Shown in pieces: positions 61,834-64,000 of a stretch of 64,000 bases of DNA. A model generated the notes under the pieces. The model saw only the letters and a list, made by a program, of their open reading frames with translations. It did not search any database and was not told where the DNA came from. This DNA comes from Takakia lepidozioides (lineage: Eukaryota > Plantae > Bryophyta). A program made the position numbers and the translations under genes. The stretch is taken from assembly GCA_030704615.1 (NCBI GenBank), contig CM060731.1, positions 6,262,001 through 6,326,000 of the forward strand, written 5' to 3'. Positions within the stretch are counted from its first letter, which is position 1; every line of letters starts with the position of its first letter.

Positions 61834-63540
61834 ATGCCAGGGTCAAATCAGGCATGGTTGTTTACATCAGGCACCTCCACTGTGACCAATGTTTTTGAGA
61901 GAGGACGAAGAGAGGGAATCAACAAGACTGACACGTGTCGGTATCTGAGGATGATATGTAAGGAAGGACAACTGAAAGACGCACTGCACATTTTGAACTG
62001 GGAAGACATTTCAGTAGACTGCACTACTTATGTCTGTCTCTTGCAAGAGTGTATCAAATTGAAAGGCCTAGCAGAGGGAAAACAGGTGCACGCACACATC
62101 ATCCAAAGTAGGTTCAAGCCCAACATCTTGCTATTCAACACCCTTCTCAACATGTATGCAAAGTGCGGGAGCATGGTGGATGCACGACTAGCATTTGACA
62201 AAATGGCTGTACGAGATGTGTTTACATGGACTACAATGATGGCAGGATATGCAAAGCATGGATGTAGTAAGGAGGCTTTAGAGATCTTTCAGCAAATGAT
62301 ATGGGAGGGGGTGAGGCCCAACAAAGTCACATTCGTTTGCATTCTCAATGTGTGTGCCAGCCTGACAGCCCTGGAAATGGGCAAAGAGGTCCATGGTGAC
62401 ATCATCAAAGCTGGAATTGTGCCAAATATCATTCTGGAAACTGCTCTTGTAAACATGTATGCCAAATGTGGGAGCATAAGAGAAGCATGGCAAGTGTTTG
62501 ACAATATGGCTGAACGAAATGTGGTCTCATGGAGCACAATGATTGCAGGATATGCCCAGCAAGGGTGTGGTAGGGAGGCTTTTGATATGTATAAGCAAAT
62601 GATACAGGAGAGGGTGATGCCCAACAGGGTTTTGTTCACGTGTGTTCTCACTGCATGTGCCAGCCTGGCAGCGCTGGAGAAGGGGAAAGAGGTCCATGGT
62701 GACATCATTGCAGCAGGAATTGTGAAAGATATCATTCTGGAGACTGCTCTTGTTGACATGTATGCAAAATGCGGGAGCATGACAGACGCCCGTCAAGTGT
62801 TTGACAATATGGATCGACGAAGTGTGGTCTCATGGAATGCAATGATGGCAGGATATGCTCAGTTTGGGTCCAGTAGGGAGGCTTTTGAGACGTATAAGCA
62901 AATGGTACGGGAGGGGGTGATGCCCAATCAGGTATCTTTCACTTGCATTCTTAACGCTTGTGCTAGCCTCGCAGCCCTGGATAAGGGGGAAGAGGTCCAT
63001 GTGGACATCATCAAAGCTCAAATTGTACCAGATATCATTCTGTGGAATGCCCTTGTTGACATGTACGCAAAATGTGGGAGCTTGCAGAATGCTCATAAAT
63101 TGTTTAACAAAATGGCTGAACGAAATGTGGCCTCATGGAATGCCATAATTGCAGGTTATGGTCACCACGGGTGTGGTCGGGAGGCCCTTCAACGATTTGA
63201 AGAAATGCAACAGGACGGGTTCAAGCCAAATGGCATCACCTTTATATGCGTCCTCTCTGCATGTAGCCATGTGGGCTTAGTTGAGGAAGGCCGTCACTAC
63301 TTTGATTGCATGACTCAAGATTATGGGCTCGCACCTACAGCAGAGCATTTTGGCTGCATGGTGGACCTTTTTGGGCGTGCAGGGCGATTGGATGAGGCAG
63401 AGGACTTAATTCACAAAATGCCAATCGAACCAGATGGTGCGGTGTGGGGAGCTTTGCTTGGTGCCTGCAGAACTCATGGCAACATAGAGATAGCAGAACG
63501 TGTTGCAAAATTTTCTGCCCAGGACCCTGCAAGTTTGTGA
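61834..63540 (+). CDS. PLS-class PPR protein, paralog of the 10340-12658 gene, truncated in the E domain (possible pseudogene)
   Basis: PLS triplets and PDGAVWGALLGACRTHGN; the ORF stops at 63540 and a frameshifted E+/DYW relic follows to the window end. Start uncertain; upstream exons are possible. Confidence 0.82.
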   Translation: MPGSNQAWLFTSGTSTVTNVFERGRREGINKTDTCRYLRMICKEGQLKDALHILNWEDISVDCTTYVCLLQECIKLKGLAEGKQVHAHIIQSRFKPNILLFNTLLNMYAKCGSMVDARLAFDKMAVRDVFTWTTMMAGYAKHGCSKEALEIFQQMIWEGVRPNKVTFVCILNVCASLTALEMGKEVHGDIIKAGIVPNIILETALVNMYAKCGSIREAWQVFDNMAERNVVSWSTMIAGYAQQGCGREAFDMYKQMIQERVMPNRVLFTCVLTACASLAALEKGKEVHGDIIAAGIVKDIILETALVDMYAKCGSMTDARQVFDNMDRRSVVSWNAMMAGYAQFGSSREAFETYKQMVREGVMPNQVSFTCILNACASLAALDKGEEVHVDIIKAQIVPDIILWNALVDMYAKCGSLQNAHKLFNKMAERNVASWNAIIAGYGHHGCGREALQRFEEMQQDGFKPNGITFICVLSACSHVGLVEEGRHYFDCMTQDYGLAPTAEHFGCMVDLFGRAGRLDEAEDLIHKMPIEPDGAVWGALLGACRTHGNIEIAERVAKFSAQDPASL

Positions 63541-64000
63541 TGCTGTGACACCTCTATGCTGATGCTGGAAGGTAGGAGACTACGGTAAAGGTCAGAAGAA
63601 TGGAGGAGAGAAAGTATCCAGGGTGCTGCTGCATGGAGGTGGACAACCAGGGACGTACATTGATTGTAAGTGACAATTGCATCCAAAAAGTGAGGAAATG
63701 AAAGCTGAGTTGAGGAGATTGTCTGGGCAGATAAAGAAGGCCTGATATGTCCCTAACTTACATGATGCAGGAGGAGATCAAGGATTTTCTCTTTGCGACA
63801 GTGAGAAGCTGGCTTTTGGGCTCATCAGCAAACCCCTCAACAACTCTCTGCATCACCAACAGTTTTGCAGTGTGTGTGGCTCTGACACAGGACCACCAAC
63901 TCATGCTGCCACAGCCATACCTGAGTGGACAGACCGGAGATCTTTCTCCAAGAGCCACTTGAGGACAAGTGCGATGTGTTCAATTTGGTGATCATCATGT

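Overview
Eukaryotic nuclear DNA from a non-seed land plant, probably a bryophyte or lycophyte (inferred from spliceosomal introns, PLS-DYW PPR genes and a Tcn1-type chromovirus). Host genes are a 9-exon HSP110/HSP70-14-like chaperone, a PLS-DYW PPR editing factor with N-terminal OSB-type 'PDF' motifs, a multi-exon cationic amino acid transporter, an intronless F-box gene and a second PPR whose DYW tail has decayed. The centre (about 25-57 kb) is a transposon stack: a COG3 retrocopy, a Mutator-like element (9-bp TSD), a decayed second SWIM/MULE copy, and a Tcn1-like chromovirus with heat-shock elements in its LTRs. Nested in the chromovirus is the most striking object, an 11.9-kb Ty3/gypsy element (35121-47043). 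Its single-frame polyprotein reads Gag-protease-C5 DNA methyltransferase-RT-RNaseH-integrase, followed after a frameshift by a PHD finger. It carries Lhcb4 and BURP gene fragments and has a self-complementary primer-binding site. Its termini are permuted (B...A-B-A), as if a 2-LTR circle had been opened at an internal GACA-GC-TGTC palindrome and integrated with a 4-bp TSD. All assignments come from motif recognition by eye; no database searches were run.
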